Shown piece by piece: positions 41,767 to 51,270 of a stretch of 55,299 nt of DNA. This DNA is from Methanocorpusculum sp. MCE (GTDB taxonomy: Archaea; Halobacteriota; Methanomicrobia; Methanomicrobiales; Methanocorpusculaceae). Position 1 is the first letter of the stretch, and each line of letters opens with the position of its first letter. Position numbers and translations under genes: made by a program. The notes below the pieces were generated by a model that saw nothing but the letters and a program-made list of their open reading frames with translations, was not told the origin of the DNA and did not search any database. Location of the stretch: positions 1 to 55,299 of the forward strand of contig NIZU01000014.1 of assembly GCA_003315675.1 (NCBI GenBank), in the 5' to 3' direction.

Positions 41767-42621
41767 TTACTCCACCTTCCTGCAGCGGCAGACATGATGT
41801 TCATCACGGTACTCCATCGACTGCTTTTCCTCGGAAAGGTACATTCTCTGCCTGGTCATAAGATCGTTCCAGTCAACTTCGTGCGCATCGAACTCGGGTC
41901 CGTCTACGCAGGCGAACTTCATCTCGCCGCCGACGGTGACTCTGCAGCTCCCGCACATGCCGGTTCCGTCCACCATCACCGGGTTTAAGGAAACATAGGT
42001 CTTGATGCCGAAGGGGCGGGTCACTTCGCATGTGACCTTCATCATCATGCCCGGCCCGATGATCCAGACCTTGTCGATTTTGCGGCCCGATTCGCAGAGA
42101 TCTTTTAAGGGACCGCTCGCGAACCCTTTGATCCCGTACGAGCCGTCATCCGTCGTTACATACAGCTCGTCGCAGATCGCCCGCATGTCGTCCTCGAAGA
42201 TCAGCAGCTCCCGGTTTCTCGCACCGATAATGCCGATGACATAGTTGCCGGCGTCCTTTGCCGCCTGGGCAAGGATCGGCGTACAGGCAACCCCGACTCC
42301 TCCCCCGACGATGATCACGGTCTCGGATCCTTCGGCGATGTCGCTCGGCATCCCGAGAGGGCCCGCAACGTCGCGCAGCTCGTCGCCCGTTTTGAGGGTT
42401 GCAAGCAGTTTCGTCGTCGTTCCAACAGCCATGAAAGCGATCCTGATATCGTCTCCTTTCGTTGCGGAGATCGTCAAAGGAACCCGTTCTCCCGCTCCAT
42501 CGGCGTGGATGATACAGAACTGGCCGGCCTTTGCATGGCGTGCGACCTGGGGTGCATGAATCCACATCTCGAATACGGCTTCTGATAAGGCTCGTGCCTG
42601 AACAATCGTGTACTTTCCCAT
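41767..42621 (-). CDS. nfnA: NfnA/SudB subunit (FAD/NAD-binding, 2Fe-2S)
   Basis: AGQF, ERVPLTI, GPLG, GGGVG, MVDGTGMCGSCR, CVDGPEF; ATG at 42621. Confidence 0.9.
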   Translation of the reverse strand: MGKYTIVQARALSEAVFEMWIHAPQVARHAKAGQFCIIHADGAGERVPLTISATKGDDIRIAFMAVGTTTKLLATLKTGDELRDVAGPLGMPSDIAEGSETVIIVGGGVGVACTPILAQAAKDAGNYVIGIIGARNRELLIFEDDMRAICDELYVTTDDGSYGIKGFASGPLKDLCESGRKIDKVWIIGPGMMMKVTCEVTRPFGIKTYVSLNPVMVDGTGMCGSCRVTVGGEMKFACVDGPEFDAHEVDWNDLMTRQRMYLSEEKQSMEYRDEHHVCRCRKVE

Positions 42622-42738
42622 AATATGTTCCTTTGAGATATGTGCTTGTACATTTGATCTGACAGACATTAATAATGACGCTTGGCCCGCGTTTTGGTCG
42701 CCAGATTCATCAATCTTGAGTACAAAATCATACATCAG

Positions 42739-43203
42739 ATGAGTAACGACTTCGAGCGGGAGATGGTCGTCTGCATGAACCGGTTCTTCACCGAAAACAG
42801 GATGAAAGGGTTTGCCTACCGGCTCAAACAGTCTCACTTCAACACGCAGTATGTGGACATCATCGTTGACTCGCTGGATCCTGCATATTATCTCGCGATC
42901 GAGTGCAAATCCCTGAACGGGAAGCGGCTCTACTTTACCAGCAACTTCCACAAAGACAAGGACGGGGTGCATCAGGTGGACAACATCTCCGGGTTCGTCA
43001 AATACACCGGCCGCCGCGGTTATCTCGCGGTGGAGTTCCGGGGCCAGGGTTCGAAAAACGAAGCATATCTTATGTCCTGGACGAAAGTTCTGGAGTTTTT
43101 CGAAACATCTGCGGGGATACCTATCGAAGAGTTCAGAAAATGCACTGCGCTTGAGCGTGTTCAGGGAGGCTACCGTCTTCCCTGTCTCAATCCATCAGAG
43201 TAA
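42739..43203 (+). CDS. Holliday junction resolvase-like PD-(D/E)xK nuclease
   Basis: FERE, VDIIVDS..AIECKS motif. Confidence 0.75.
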   Translation: MSNDFEREMVVCMNRFFTENRMKGFAYRLKQSHFNTQYVDIIVDSLDPAYYLAIECKSLNGKRLYFTSNFHKDKDGVHQVDNISGFVKYTGRRGYLAVEFRGQGSKNEAYLMSWTKVLEFFETSAGIPIEEFRKCTALERVQGGYRLPCLNPSE

Positions 43204-43234
43204 TTAGGGGTGAAAACCAAACAATATAAAATTC

Positions 43235-44338
43235 ATGACGGCAGCTACAAGATTCATATCGATAAACGGAAGGCCTGTCAAAACCCCCCTCGTGATCGCG
43301 TCAATGGCGGGAATAACCGATGCGGAGTTTGTTCTCGCCCGCAGTAAACATGCCGGCGTTGCTTTTATCGGTGGATACAATACGGATGAACCGAACAGGA
43401 AAGCCTCGGCTGCGATGGAAACGGCAGGCCGGACTGAGTTCAATGCCGATTTCGACGAAATAGCCACCGAGATCGATATTCTGGATGGGGCGGACATCAT
43501 CATCGGTCTTAACCTGAGGGGGGCGACGCCGGAAGCGTTCGTTTCTGCTGCAAAGCGGTTTGGTCCTTCGGTCATCTACGAGATCGATGCCCACTGTCGT
43601 CAGCAGCCGATGATCGATGCGGGATGCGGGGAGTATCTTCTTCACAACCCGGAAAAGCTGTGTGCGATCGTTTCCGCGCTTGCCACCGAAGGGGTGACCG
43701 TTTCGGTCAAGACCCGTGCAGGTGTAGTGGACGACCGCGAGCTTGCACGGATGCTCTGGAAAGCCGGAGCTTCGATTCTGCATGTCGATCTGATGGATAC
43801 GGGCCACACCAAGATCAGACAGATCAGAAACAGCTGCCCCTTAATTATCATTGCAAACAACGGCGTTTCCAGTCCCGACAAGATGATGGATTATTTCGCC
43901 CACGGAGCCGATCTCGTCTCGGTCGCCCGAAGTGCGAGCCTCAGCGTTCTTCAGACACTCGACCGGTATATCCGGGCGGTCGCCGAAGAGATCGGCTGGT
44001 ATAATGCCCCCAAACAGCTGTGCAGGGGAGGCGATCTCCGTTCGCTTACGTTCTGCTGTATGCCGGTGAAACAGTGCCCCCTTCTTCCATCTCTCGAGTC
44101 GCTTGGGATGAGCCGGGATGAGTATCTTACGCTGAAAAAAGAGATGACTGCCGACACACCTCTTTCGATGGGCAGTCATACCTGTTTCGGCAGTCTTGCC
44201 TTTTGCTGTAAATCCTCGACCCCCTGTATGTTCCGGGATATGACGCTGAAGTCGATTGATCTCCCGATGAATGAATATATGGCTCTGAAACGTACGCTTT
44301 CTGAGAAGATCGTGAAGAAAATCTTTGAAAATGTCTAA
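43235..44338 (+). CDS. Methanogenesis marker 9 domain protein (Dus-like TIM barrel plus Cys-rich domain)
   Basis: ASMAGITD, DAHCRQ, NAPKQLCRGGDLRSLTFCC.PVK.CP, TCFGSLAFCCK. Confidence 0.88.
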   Translation: MTAATRFISINGRPVKTPLVIASMAGITDAEFVLARSKHAGVAFIGGYNTDEPNRKASAAMETAGRTEFNADFDEIATEIDILDGADIIIGLNLRGATPEAFVSAAKRFGPSVIYEIDAHCRQQPMIDAGCGEYLLHNPEKLCAIVSALATEGVTVSVKTRAGVVDDRELARMLWKAGASILHVDLMDTGHTKIRQIRNSCPLIIIANNGVSSPDKMMDYFAHGADLVSVARSASLSVLQTLDRYIRAVAEEIGWYNAPKQLCRGGDLRSLTFCCMPVKQCPLLPSLESLGMSRDEYLTLKKEMTADTPLSMGSHTCFGSLAFCCKSSTPCMFRDMTLKSIDLPMNEYMALKRTLSEKIVKKIFENV

Positions 44339-45137
44339 GCTGTCTCTTGCCGAAACCGCCGAACTTTCGATGCTCCTTGAGGTGAGCGCCAATATCAAAC
44401 CGGGCAACATCGACCGTTTTCATGATTATGAGGATACGAAGTTCCGGCATTTTCTGGCATCGGCCGTGCTCGCCAGGGATGTTTTTGAACGCGTTCCGAA
44501 GATGGCGCTCGGCGAGGAGATGTGTGCGGCAGTCGAACACACGAATGGTCATGCGGGAGGGAATACGCATTTTGGGGCGTTCATTCTTCTTCTGCCGCTG
44601 ATCAAAGGCAAAGGTATCGCCGGGGCGTGCGAGGCCGTTCTGCAGACGACGGTTGAGGATGCCGTTCTTTTTTATCAGGCTTTCGGCAGGACTCAGGTCC
44701 GAATGAACAAGGAGGATGAGATGGATGTGAACGATCCCGCGTCGATTTCGATGCTCCGCGAGAAGAGGATGACGATGTATGATGTGATGGCCTATTCGAG
44801 CGGGACCGATATGGTCGCCCGCGAATGGACGAACGGCTTTTCGCTGACCCGGAAAGCCGCAGATATCCTTAAGGAAAAGGACGGAGCCGATTCGATTCAG
44901 GATATGTTTCTGCGCCTTATGGCCGCGTATCCTGATACGTTTATCGCGAAGAAGTTCGGGTATGCCCGGGCGGTTTCGATCATGGAACGTGCTCAGCTGG
45001 TTCGTGCGGGCGGCCTTTCGCTGAGCAGGTTCGACGAGGAGTGCCTCCTCGGCGGGGTGAATCCGGGATCCCTTGCGGATATCTGCATTGCAGGGATCTT
45101 TACTGCGCTTCAGGAGGGGTGGCAGTGGGACTGTTAG
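44331..45137 (+). CDS. Triphosphoribosyl-dephospho-CoA synthase (CitG) family protein
   Basis: LEVSA..KPGNIDR, NTHFG, PDTFIAKK, NPGSLAD. Confidence 0.85.
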   Translation: MSKLSLAETAELSMLLEVSANIKPGNIDRFHDYEDTKFRHFLASAVLARDVFERVPKMALGEEMCAAVEHTNGHAGGNTHFGAFILLLPLIKGKGIAGACEAVLQTTVEDAVLFYQAFGRTQVRMNKEDEMDVNDPASISMLREKRMTMYDVMAYSSGTDMVAREWTNGFSLTRKAADILKEKDGADSIQDMFLRLMAAYPDTFIAKKFGYARAVSIMERAQLVRAGGLSLSRFDEECLLGGVNPGSLADICIAGIFTALQEGWQWDC

Positions 45138-45685
45138 GCGAAGGGATCACTGAAGTGATCGCAGTCACCAAGGATAATGCAGCACCGATCGGGATTATCG
45201 TGCGGGCGGGTCAGGCGCCGAAGATGATCCTTTTCAAGGGATCGAAGACGGCGGAGAATATCGCGGAGTACGGCTGGGTGACGGCGAATTTCGTGAGCGA
45301 TTCGTATTTGTATCCGCAGTATGCGTTTTCGGACGTGGCGAAGTCGGATCTCAGAAAGGTGTTTGTCGGCGGGATGGTGATGCAGCTGCTTCGCGATGCC
45401 GATGCATGGATGGCAGTTACCGCCCGAGTGGTGAATGAGACGAAGGACGCGTAGTTTGTGGAGCTTGAACCGGTGGGGTCGGAGTACTGCCGTGATCAGC
45501 TGAGGCCGGTGAACCGCGGGTTTAATGCTGTGATCGACGCGACGGTTCATGCAACAAGATATCTGATGCCGCATGATCCAAAGCTGCGTGATCTGATCGA
45601 GTATCATCTGGGCATCGTTCGAAAATGCGGAGGGGCGAGGGATATTGAGGCGGCGGCACTGATCAAAGAGGTCTGCGGACTTTGA
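45125..45685 (+). CDS. DUF447 family protein with in-frame TAG at 45452-45454 (error or pseudogene)
   Basis: GITEVIAVT..NAAPIGII, FKGSKTAENI, NRGFNAVIDATVHATR; both parts in one frame. Confidence 0.75.
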
Positions 45686-45704
45686 GGATCATGCAAAACC
45701 CCCT

Positions 45705-45955
45705 CAGTCGCAAATCTAACGATTTGATCGCAAGTCTATCAACTTGCTCAGGCTTTGGCCACCCCTGCGGGGCAACCCGCACACGCAAACCTTCGGTTTG
45801 CTCGGCTAAGGGCGAGCCTCTCGGCTCACCCCACCTCGGTTAAGGTCGTCCGCTCCGCTTCGCTCGCGTCCAACCCGCTATCGCAAGGCAAAGCCTTGGT
45901 CGCAAACCTTCGGTTTGCTTGGCTAAGGTCGTCGACTTCGTCGCCAACCCGCATC
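45705..45955 (+). repeat. Cluster of family B hairpin modules
   Basis: Hairpins at 45710, 45730, 45785, 45883, 45902; 45902-45952 nearly identical to 10287-10337. Confidence 0.88.
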
Positions 45956-46007
45956 CCAAAAAATATAATTCTGCAGCCGGTGTACGTTGTACCCACAAGG
46001 GAATACC

Positions 46008-47459
46008 ATGAGTACACCATCGATCATAACCTTTTTGACGGAACATGCAGACAAAAAAACCGTTTCCTTCCACATGCCCGGGCACAAAGGCTCCGCCGTC
46101 TACCGGCGGTTTGGTTACGGCGATTTTCTCCAGAAGATGATGGACTGTGACATAACCGAGATACCCGGTGCCGACAACCTTTTCCAGACCGAAGGCATCC
46201 TCAAGGACGCTCAGGAAAGATATGCACGGCTCTACGATGTACAACGCTCGTATCTCCTCATCAACGGTACAAGCTGCGGCGTGATTGCCGCTGTTATGGC
46301 CTCCGTTCCCAAAGGCAGAAAACTGGTCATGGCCCGAAACTCCCATAAGGCGATCTTCAACTCCCTTGTCCTTGCCGACATCCAGCCGGTCTATGCATAC
46401 CCGGAAATCATCGACGAATACGGTATCTCCGGCGGCATCACCGCAGACGAGATCGAACGGTGTCTGGCCGAAAATCCCGAAGCCGAGGCGGTAATCCTCA
46501 CTTCTCCCAACTATTACGGGATATGCTCCGACATCCGGGCCATCGCCGAGGTCGTTCACAAAAGGGGTAAGATTCTCATCGTCGATCAGGCACACGGCGC
46601 CCATCTCAAATTCTTCCGTAATGCAGGCTTCACCGACATGCCCGAATCCGCCGAGGAGCAGGGAGCCGACATCGTCGTCAACTCGATCCACAAGACCCTC
46701 GCCTCATTCACGCAAAGTGCTGTGCTCGACCTCAACTCCGACCGGGTCGATCATTATGTACTGGAAGACAAACTCCAGATGCTTGAGTCAACCAGCCCCT
46801 CGTATCTTCTCATGGGTTCCCTCGACATAAACGCCGAGCTCCTCAAAGAACACGGCACGACCCTCATGACCGAGTGGCATGAAAGCATCATGCACTTCTA
46901 TCGGGAAGCGCCTGCCGTCAAAGGCCTTCGGGTCATCGGCAGCCCTCTGGATACCGATGCGGATATCAGCATGGACATCACGAAGATCAACCTCGATATG
47001 AGTGCCGTCGGTATCGACGGGGCACGGCTCGAAGAACTCCTGATGGAACGCGGGATTTTCGCAGAACTCACCACCGGCCCGATCCTCATGTGCATGACGG
47101 GAATCGGCAATACCCTCGGCGACAGCAAACGGCTGATCGAAGCGCTGAAAGACATCAGCGCATCCTGCGGCGGCGCCTCTGCCTCTCCTGCCCAAGCCTC
47201 GGTCACTGCCGTTCTCAAAGAAAAACTCTGGCTGTTCCCCGTCCCGCAGGACAGAGAACGCATTCCGCTGCTTGCCAGTGCCGGCAGGATCTGCGCCTCA
47301 TCGATCATCCCCTATCCGCCGGGCATCCCCTTCATCTGCCCGGGCGAAGAGCTCACCGAGGAGGTGATCGCCTACATCAAACGGCTGAGAGAAGCGGGTG
47401 AGAAGGTCATCGGCGTCAACGATCAGGGCGAGATCATCGTCGGCCGGAAAACTTCGTGA
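46008..47459 (+). CDS. Orn/Lys/Arg decarboxylase family (PLP, fold type I)
   Basis: SFHMPGHK, INGTSCG, RNSHKA, DQAHGAH, SIHKTL, STSPSY, PYPPGIP. Confidence 0.92.
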   Translation: MSTPSIITFLTEHADKKTVSFHMPGHKGSAVYRRFGYGDFLQKMMDCDITEIPGADNLFQTEGILKDAQERYARLYDVQRSYLLINGTSCGVIAAVMASVPKGRKLVMARNSHKAIFNSLVLADIQPVYAYPEIIDEYGISGGITADEIERCLAENPEAEAVILTSPNYYGICSDIRAIAEVVHKRGKILIVDQAHGAHLKFFRNAGFTDMPESAEEQGADIVVNSIHKTLASFTQSAVLDLNSDRVDHYVLEDKLQMLESTSPSYLLMGSLDINAELLKEHGTTLMTEWHESIMHFYREAPAVKGLRVIGSPLDTDADISMDITKINLDMSAVGIDGARLEELLMERGIFAELTTGPILMCMTGIGNTLGDSKRLIEALKDISASCGGASASPAQASVTAVLKEKLWLFPVPQDRERIPLLASAGRICASSIIPYPPGIPFICPGEELTEEVIAYIKRLREAGEKVIGVNDQGEIIVGRKTS

Positions 47460-47780
47460 CTGGCGTCCTGCCCTGTAATTTTTTTCATCGGTGTGCGCGT
47501 GGATGCGCCCCTAAATTTTTGCAAAACCCCCCTATCCCGGATCACCGAAAACTATTCAACCCCCCCTGTGTCATGAATGGAAAATCCGGGCATGCAGGGG
47601 GTTTTTTGAATTCTGTTTATATCGTCCTAAAGTCCATAAATCAGGCCGTAAGCCATTCTTTTCCGAGGGACACCTTTAAGCCTAGGGGGGGCAACTAAGT
47701 TTAGTAATCTCAGAGCCGCCCGGTGTGCGTGGCTAGATTTCCTGTACATTCATACTATCTAAAAAAAAGGAGTGTGGTCT

Positions 47781-49121
47781 ATGGGTCTTGAAAACACAAA
47801 TGACGTCTTGATGGAAACAGCCGTATTCGAAGAATTAGAAAGTAACGTGCGGTCGTATTGTCGGAAGTATCCGGTTATTTTCTCAAAAGCTAAAGGCTCT
47901 TTACTGATTGATCAGAACGGAATCGAGTATATCGATTTCCTTTGCGGGGCGGGCAGCTGTAATTACGGTCATAATAATGACTATATTAAAGAGAAAGTGA
48001 TCGAGTATCTGCAGAATGATGGATTGGTTCACGGGCTGGATATGTATTCCATTGCTAAGGGTGAATTCATCCAGTTCATGCAGAAAAATATTCTGATCCC
48101 GCGTGGTCTCAATTACAAGATCCTGTTTCCGGGACCGACCGGAACCAACGCCGTTGAAGCTGCCTTAAAAATTGCCCGCAAGGCAAAAGGCAGATCCAAC
48201 GTGCTGGCATTGATGGGCGGGTTCCATGGCATGACGCTAGGGGCCCTGGCCCTCACGACGGAGAGGTCCGCACGGGAAGCCTGCGGTGTGACCCTTGGAA
48301 ATGCAACGCATGTTCCTCACCCGTCGATGATGAAGAATCTGGACACGATCGAGTACATCGATATGATCCTAAGCGATGATCACAGCGGTGTTGACAAACC
48401 GGCGGCCATTATTGTCGAGTCCGTCCAGGGAGAAGGCGGTATCAACATCGTCTCGGATCAGTGGCTCAGAGACATCCGCGCCCTGTGCGACAAGCATGAT
48501 ATGCTGCTGATTCTGGATGAAATCCAGTCAGGATGCGGCAGGACGGGAGCTTTCTTCTCGTTCGAGCGCGGAGGTATCGTTCCCGATATCGTCGTCATGG
48601 CAAAATCCATCGGCGGTATCGGCATGCCGTGTTCGATCGCTCTGGTAAAGCCGGAGTATGATGTTCTCGCACCCGGCGAACACAACGGAACGTTTAGAGG
48701 CTTCCAGCTTTCATTCGTTGCAGGAAAAGCCGCTCTCGAATTCATGTTCAAAGAGCATGTCATCGAAGAGACCGTGCGGAAAGGCAAGATCGTTCAGGAT
48801 TATCTTGCTGCAAATCTGCCGCTCATCGATCCGGGTCTGACCTTCCGTGGTCTTGGACTGATGTGGGGTATCGACTGCGGGGCATATCCGGCAGGGACGG
48901 CCCAGCAGATCAGACATCTGTGCTTTGAGAATCGCCTGATCATTGAGCTCTCCGGAAGGGAGGATTCGGTTGTGAAGCTGATGCCGGCATTAACGACCGA
49001 TGATGCTACGCTGATGCAGGGTCTCGAGATCGTCCGCAGCGCGATCACCCAGGTGATCACTGCGGCGGTAGCTACCCAGACAACGGGCGATGAGCAGGAT
49101 ACTACCAAATTATTTGCCTGA
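47781..49121 (+). CDS. ectB: Diaminobutyrate-2-oxoglutarate transaminase (EctB/Dat-like)
   Basis: ESNVRSYCR, NYGHNN, PGPTGTNAVEAALK, FHGMTLG, VQGEGG, DEIQSGCGRTG, PGEHNGTFRG. Confidence 0.85.
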   Translation: MGLENTNDVLMETAVFEELESNVRSYCRKYPVIFSKAKGSLLIDQNGIEYIDFLCGAGSCNYGHNNDYIKEKVIEYLQNDGLVHGLDMYSIAKGEFIQFMQKNILIPRGLNYKILFPGPTGTNAVEAALKIARKAKGRSNVLALMGGFHGMTLGALALTTERSAREACGVTLGNATHVPHPSMMKNLDTIEYIDMILSDDHSGVDKPAAIIVESVQGEGGINIVSDQWLRDIRALCDKHDMLLILDEIQSGCGRTGAFFSFERGGIVPDIVVMAKSIGGIGMPCSIALVKPEYDVLAPGEHNGTFRGFQLSFVAGKAALEFMFKEHVIEETVRKGKIVQDYLAANLPLIDPGLTFRGLGLMWGIDCGAYPAGTAQQIRHLCFENRLIIELSGREDSVVKLMPALTTDDATLMQGLEIVRSAITQVITAAVATQTTGDEQDTTKLFA

Positions 49122-49177
49122 ATATTCAGGCACAACTTTTTTTAGAATCTAGCGTTTCGGAGATACGTTTTTCCAGC

Positions 49178-49240
49178 TGCCGGCTCTCCGCCCTCGAACA
49201 GTTAGTTCCTATGGGTGAGGCAATGGAACAATACCGGCAG
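49178..49240 (+). pseudogene. Short relic of a paralog of the methyltransferase at 50390
   Basis: gttcctatgggtgaggcaatggaacaataccggcag matches gttcccatgggtaaggcaatggaacaataccggcag at ~50680-50715. Confidence 0.65.
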
Positions 49241-49483
49241 TTGTGCTGTGAAAACGGGCGTATTCTCGAACAGTTCGGAAGTGATGATGTTGTCGTGAAA
49301 CTACTTTCTCCATTAACGATTGATGACAGCACGTTATTTAATGGGCTGGAAATCTATTCGTTACGAACGTTCACCTAACTGAATTGCTAAGTATCTTTTG
49401 TTTGCATATTTGGGATTATATCTAATATAAATGGGAAAATAACACCCATATCCTTAAGATAGAATAATCCCTATTGTCTGTAT

Positions 49484-49786
49484 ATGACAGAAACAAGCAA
49501 TGCTAAATTTCTCGATTTGCCCACAATAGTAATCGGGATAGTATTTATCATCGCGGCAGTACTAGAACTGCTGGGTTTTTCAGGAGTTCTTCCAAATATT
49601 TTCGTTCTGGGATGGATCATTTTCATCGTTCTCCTCTGGTCAGTATGTTATCTTATCGTAAGTATCATCGCCTATCTTTTCAAAAAGGAGATCAAGACAA
49701 GACTGATCTGGGGTCTTGTCATAGCGACCGTAATTCTGATTCTGTTCATCATTTACGAATTTGCAGCAGGTATCCTCCCGTTTTAA
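49484..49786 (+). CDS. Small membrane protein (about 3 TM)
   Basis: Three hydrophobic stretches; AT-rich upstream region. Confidence 0.7.
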   Translation: MTETSNAKFLDLPTIVIGIVFIIAAVLELLGFSGVLPNIFVLGWIIFIVLLWSVCYLIVSIIAYLFKKEIKTRLIWGLVIATVILILFIIYEFAAGILPF

Positions 49787-49810
49787 GGGGATTCCTATTT
49801 TTTACCCGGC

Positions 49811-49920
49811 TTGAGATTTTCTAATAACCATTTTTCCGACAGAAAGTCCCCATACATACTACTCAAAGTACGAAAAGAAAGTATTTTCTGTCGAAAAAAC
49901 GGGTTGTTAGAAAATCTCAA
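49811..49920. mobile_element. MITE-like 110-bp element with ~35-bp imperfect inverted arms
   Basis: ttgagattttctaataaccatttttccgacagaaa (49811-49845) vs tttctgtcgaaaaaacgggttgttagaaaatctcaa (49885-49920); another arm copy at 104-140. Confidence 0.55.
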
Positions 49921-50004
49921 GATCTCTATTCTTGCCATTATCCTGAATTTGACAGTTGGCAAATATACTTCTCCCACATCTCTCTCCTTTTTTCTAATTA
50001 AGGG

Positions 50005-50052
50005 GGTGCGGTAGGGCGACTCCGGCGCGGAGCCCGACGCGGTGGAGCTATC
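50005..50052 (-). repeat. Family A palindromic repeat, copy A9
   Basis: ggtgcggtagggcgactccggcgcggagcccgacgcggtggagctatc on the + strand. Confidence 0.9.
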
Positions 50053-50214
50053 TTATGTTCAAGGCTTATGTTAACGTTCTGCGTAGCGAATCTGTCGTTG
50101 AATACTCAGAACGGAAGGGATTGGAAGGTATGAGATGTACGTTAAAGGGAAGCGGCTTGGGAGTATGATCACAATCTAATACTTCCCGAAAACATATACG
50201 GACTATGGTAGATG

Positions 50215-50263
50215 GGATATCTCCACCGCGTCGGGCTCCGCGCCGGAGTCGCCCTCGCGCACC
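50215..50263 (+). repeat. Family A palindromic repeat, copy A10
   Basis: ggatatctccaccgcgtcgggctccgcgccggagtcgccctcgcgcacc; inverted match with A9 extends outward (ctaatta/taattag). Confidence 0.92.
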
Positions 50264-50389
50264 CCATAATTAGCTAAATATATGGAATATTGGTGATTTA
50301 TTCTAAAAAGTAAGTGACTCACAAAAATACGTTCTTAAAAATGACAATTGGTGGTGATTTATATTATGCATATGTAAAGTATATTCTAT

Positions 50390-51225
50390 ATGATGGAACT
50401 ACCCGACTACTGCCAGATCTGGGATGAAACCTATGCCCTTGCCCTTGAAGGAAAACTCAGCCCTGGCGATACGGAAGACAGTTTCTGGTCGAACCAGGAA
50501 AATGTCGATCGATTCGTCAAACACCTTCTCAATAAAAAAAAGGCGGCCGAATCGAGGATAATATTGCCTCGATGAACATCCCTCCGGGCACCACCGTGCT
50601 TGACATCGGCGCCGGACCCGGAACGCTCGCCGTCCCTCTTGCTTGTGCCGGATGCCGGCTCACCACAATCGAACCGTCCGTTCCCATGGGTAAGGCAATG
50701 GAACAATACCGGCAGCATATGCAGGCCCCGGAAATTTCCGAGATCCGCAAACGCTGGGAAAATGTAACGCCCAAAGAGGCGGGCCTCCACGATTACGTGA
50801 TCGCGTCAAGATCGCTCATGTTTGGAAATCTCCGGGAAAACATGCTCAAAATGGACGGTGCCGCAAAGAAAGGCGTCCATATCTACTGGTATCTGACCTC
50901 CAAATCCTCGTCGTGGGGGCTCGAGGATCTCTGGCAGAGCCTGCACGGAAAACCGTATTACAGTGCCCCGAATGCGGCCGTTCTCTGGAATGCGTTGAAT
51001 CAGCTTGGGATCTATGCAAATATCAACCTGAAAACCGAGACGAACGGTCATCTCTATTCTACCGTTTCCGATATGCAGGAGGATTATTACGGTCGTCTTT
51101 CGGCATCGGAACCCTGGCAGAAGGAGATCGTGAACGCATACTTGGAGAATACGATCGAGAAACCCGATGCCGGGCTACGTGTTCCAAGTACGTCATACCT
51201 TGCCCATATCTGGTGCGAAAAATAT
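50390..51225 (+). pseudogene. Class I SAM-dependent methyltransferase, frameshift near the A-run at ~50535; 3' end approximate
   Basis: N-part MMELPDYCQIW..FWSNQENVDRF and C-part TVLDIGAGPGTLAVPLA..IEPS..RWE..HDYVIASRSL in different frames; the ORF runs on into the convergent gene. Confidence 0.75.
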
Positions 51226-51270
51226 ACCGCACAAATATCTCACAAAAATAGTGTGAGAATCTCTCTCTTT

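Noticed and set aside
40336..41988. 550-aa plus-strand ORF (likewise 31958-33109 minus, 25720-26580 plus and similar)
   Set aside because: Antisense to well-supported genes; expected from codon bias; no recognisable motifs.
11456..45454. Stop-codon recoding (TAG as pyrrolysine) suggested by five in-frame TAGs in cas8c, cas1, feoB and DUF447
   Set aside because: In-frame TGA and TAA occur in the same loci along with frameshifts. One TAG replaces the conserved Cas1 Glu of LRGxEG. TAG ends apgM, cas2, the MFS gene, DUF89 and citG at normal C-termini. No pyl genes are in the window.
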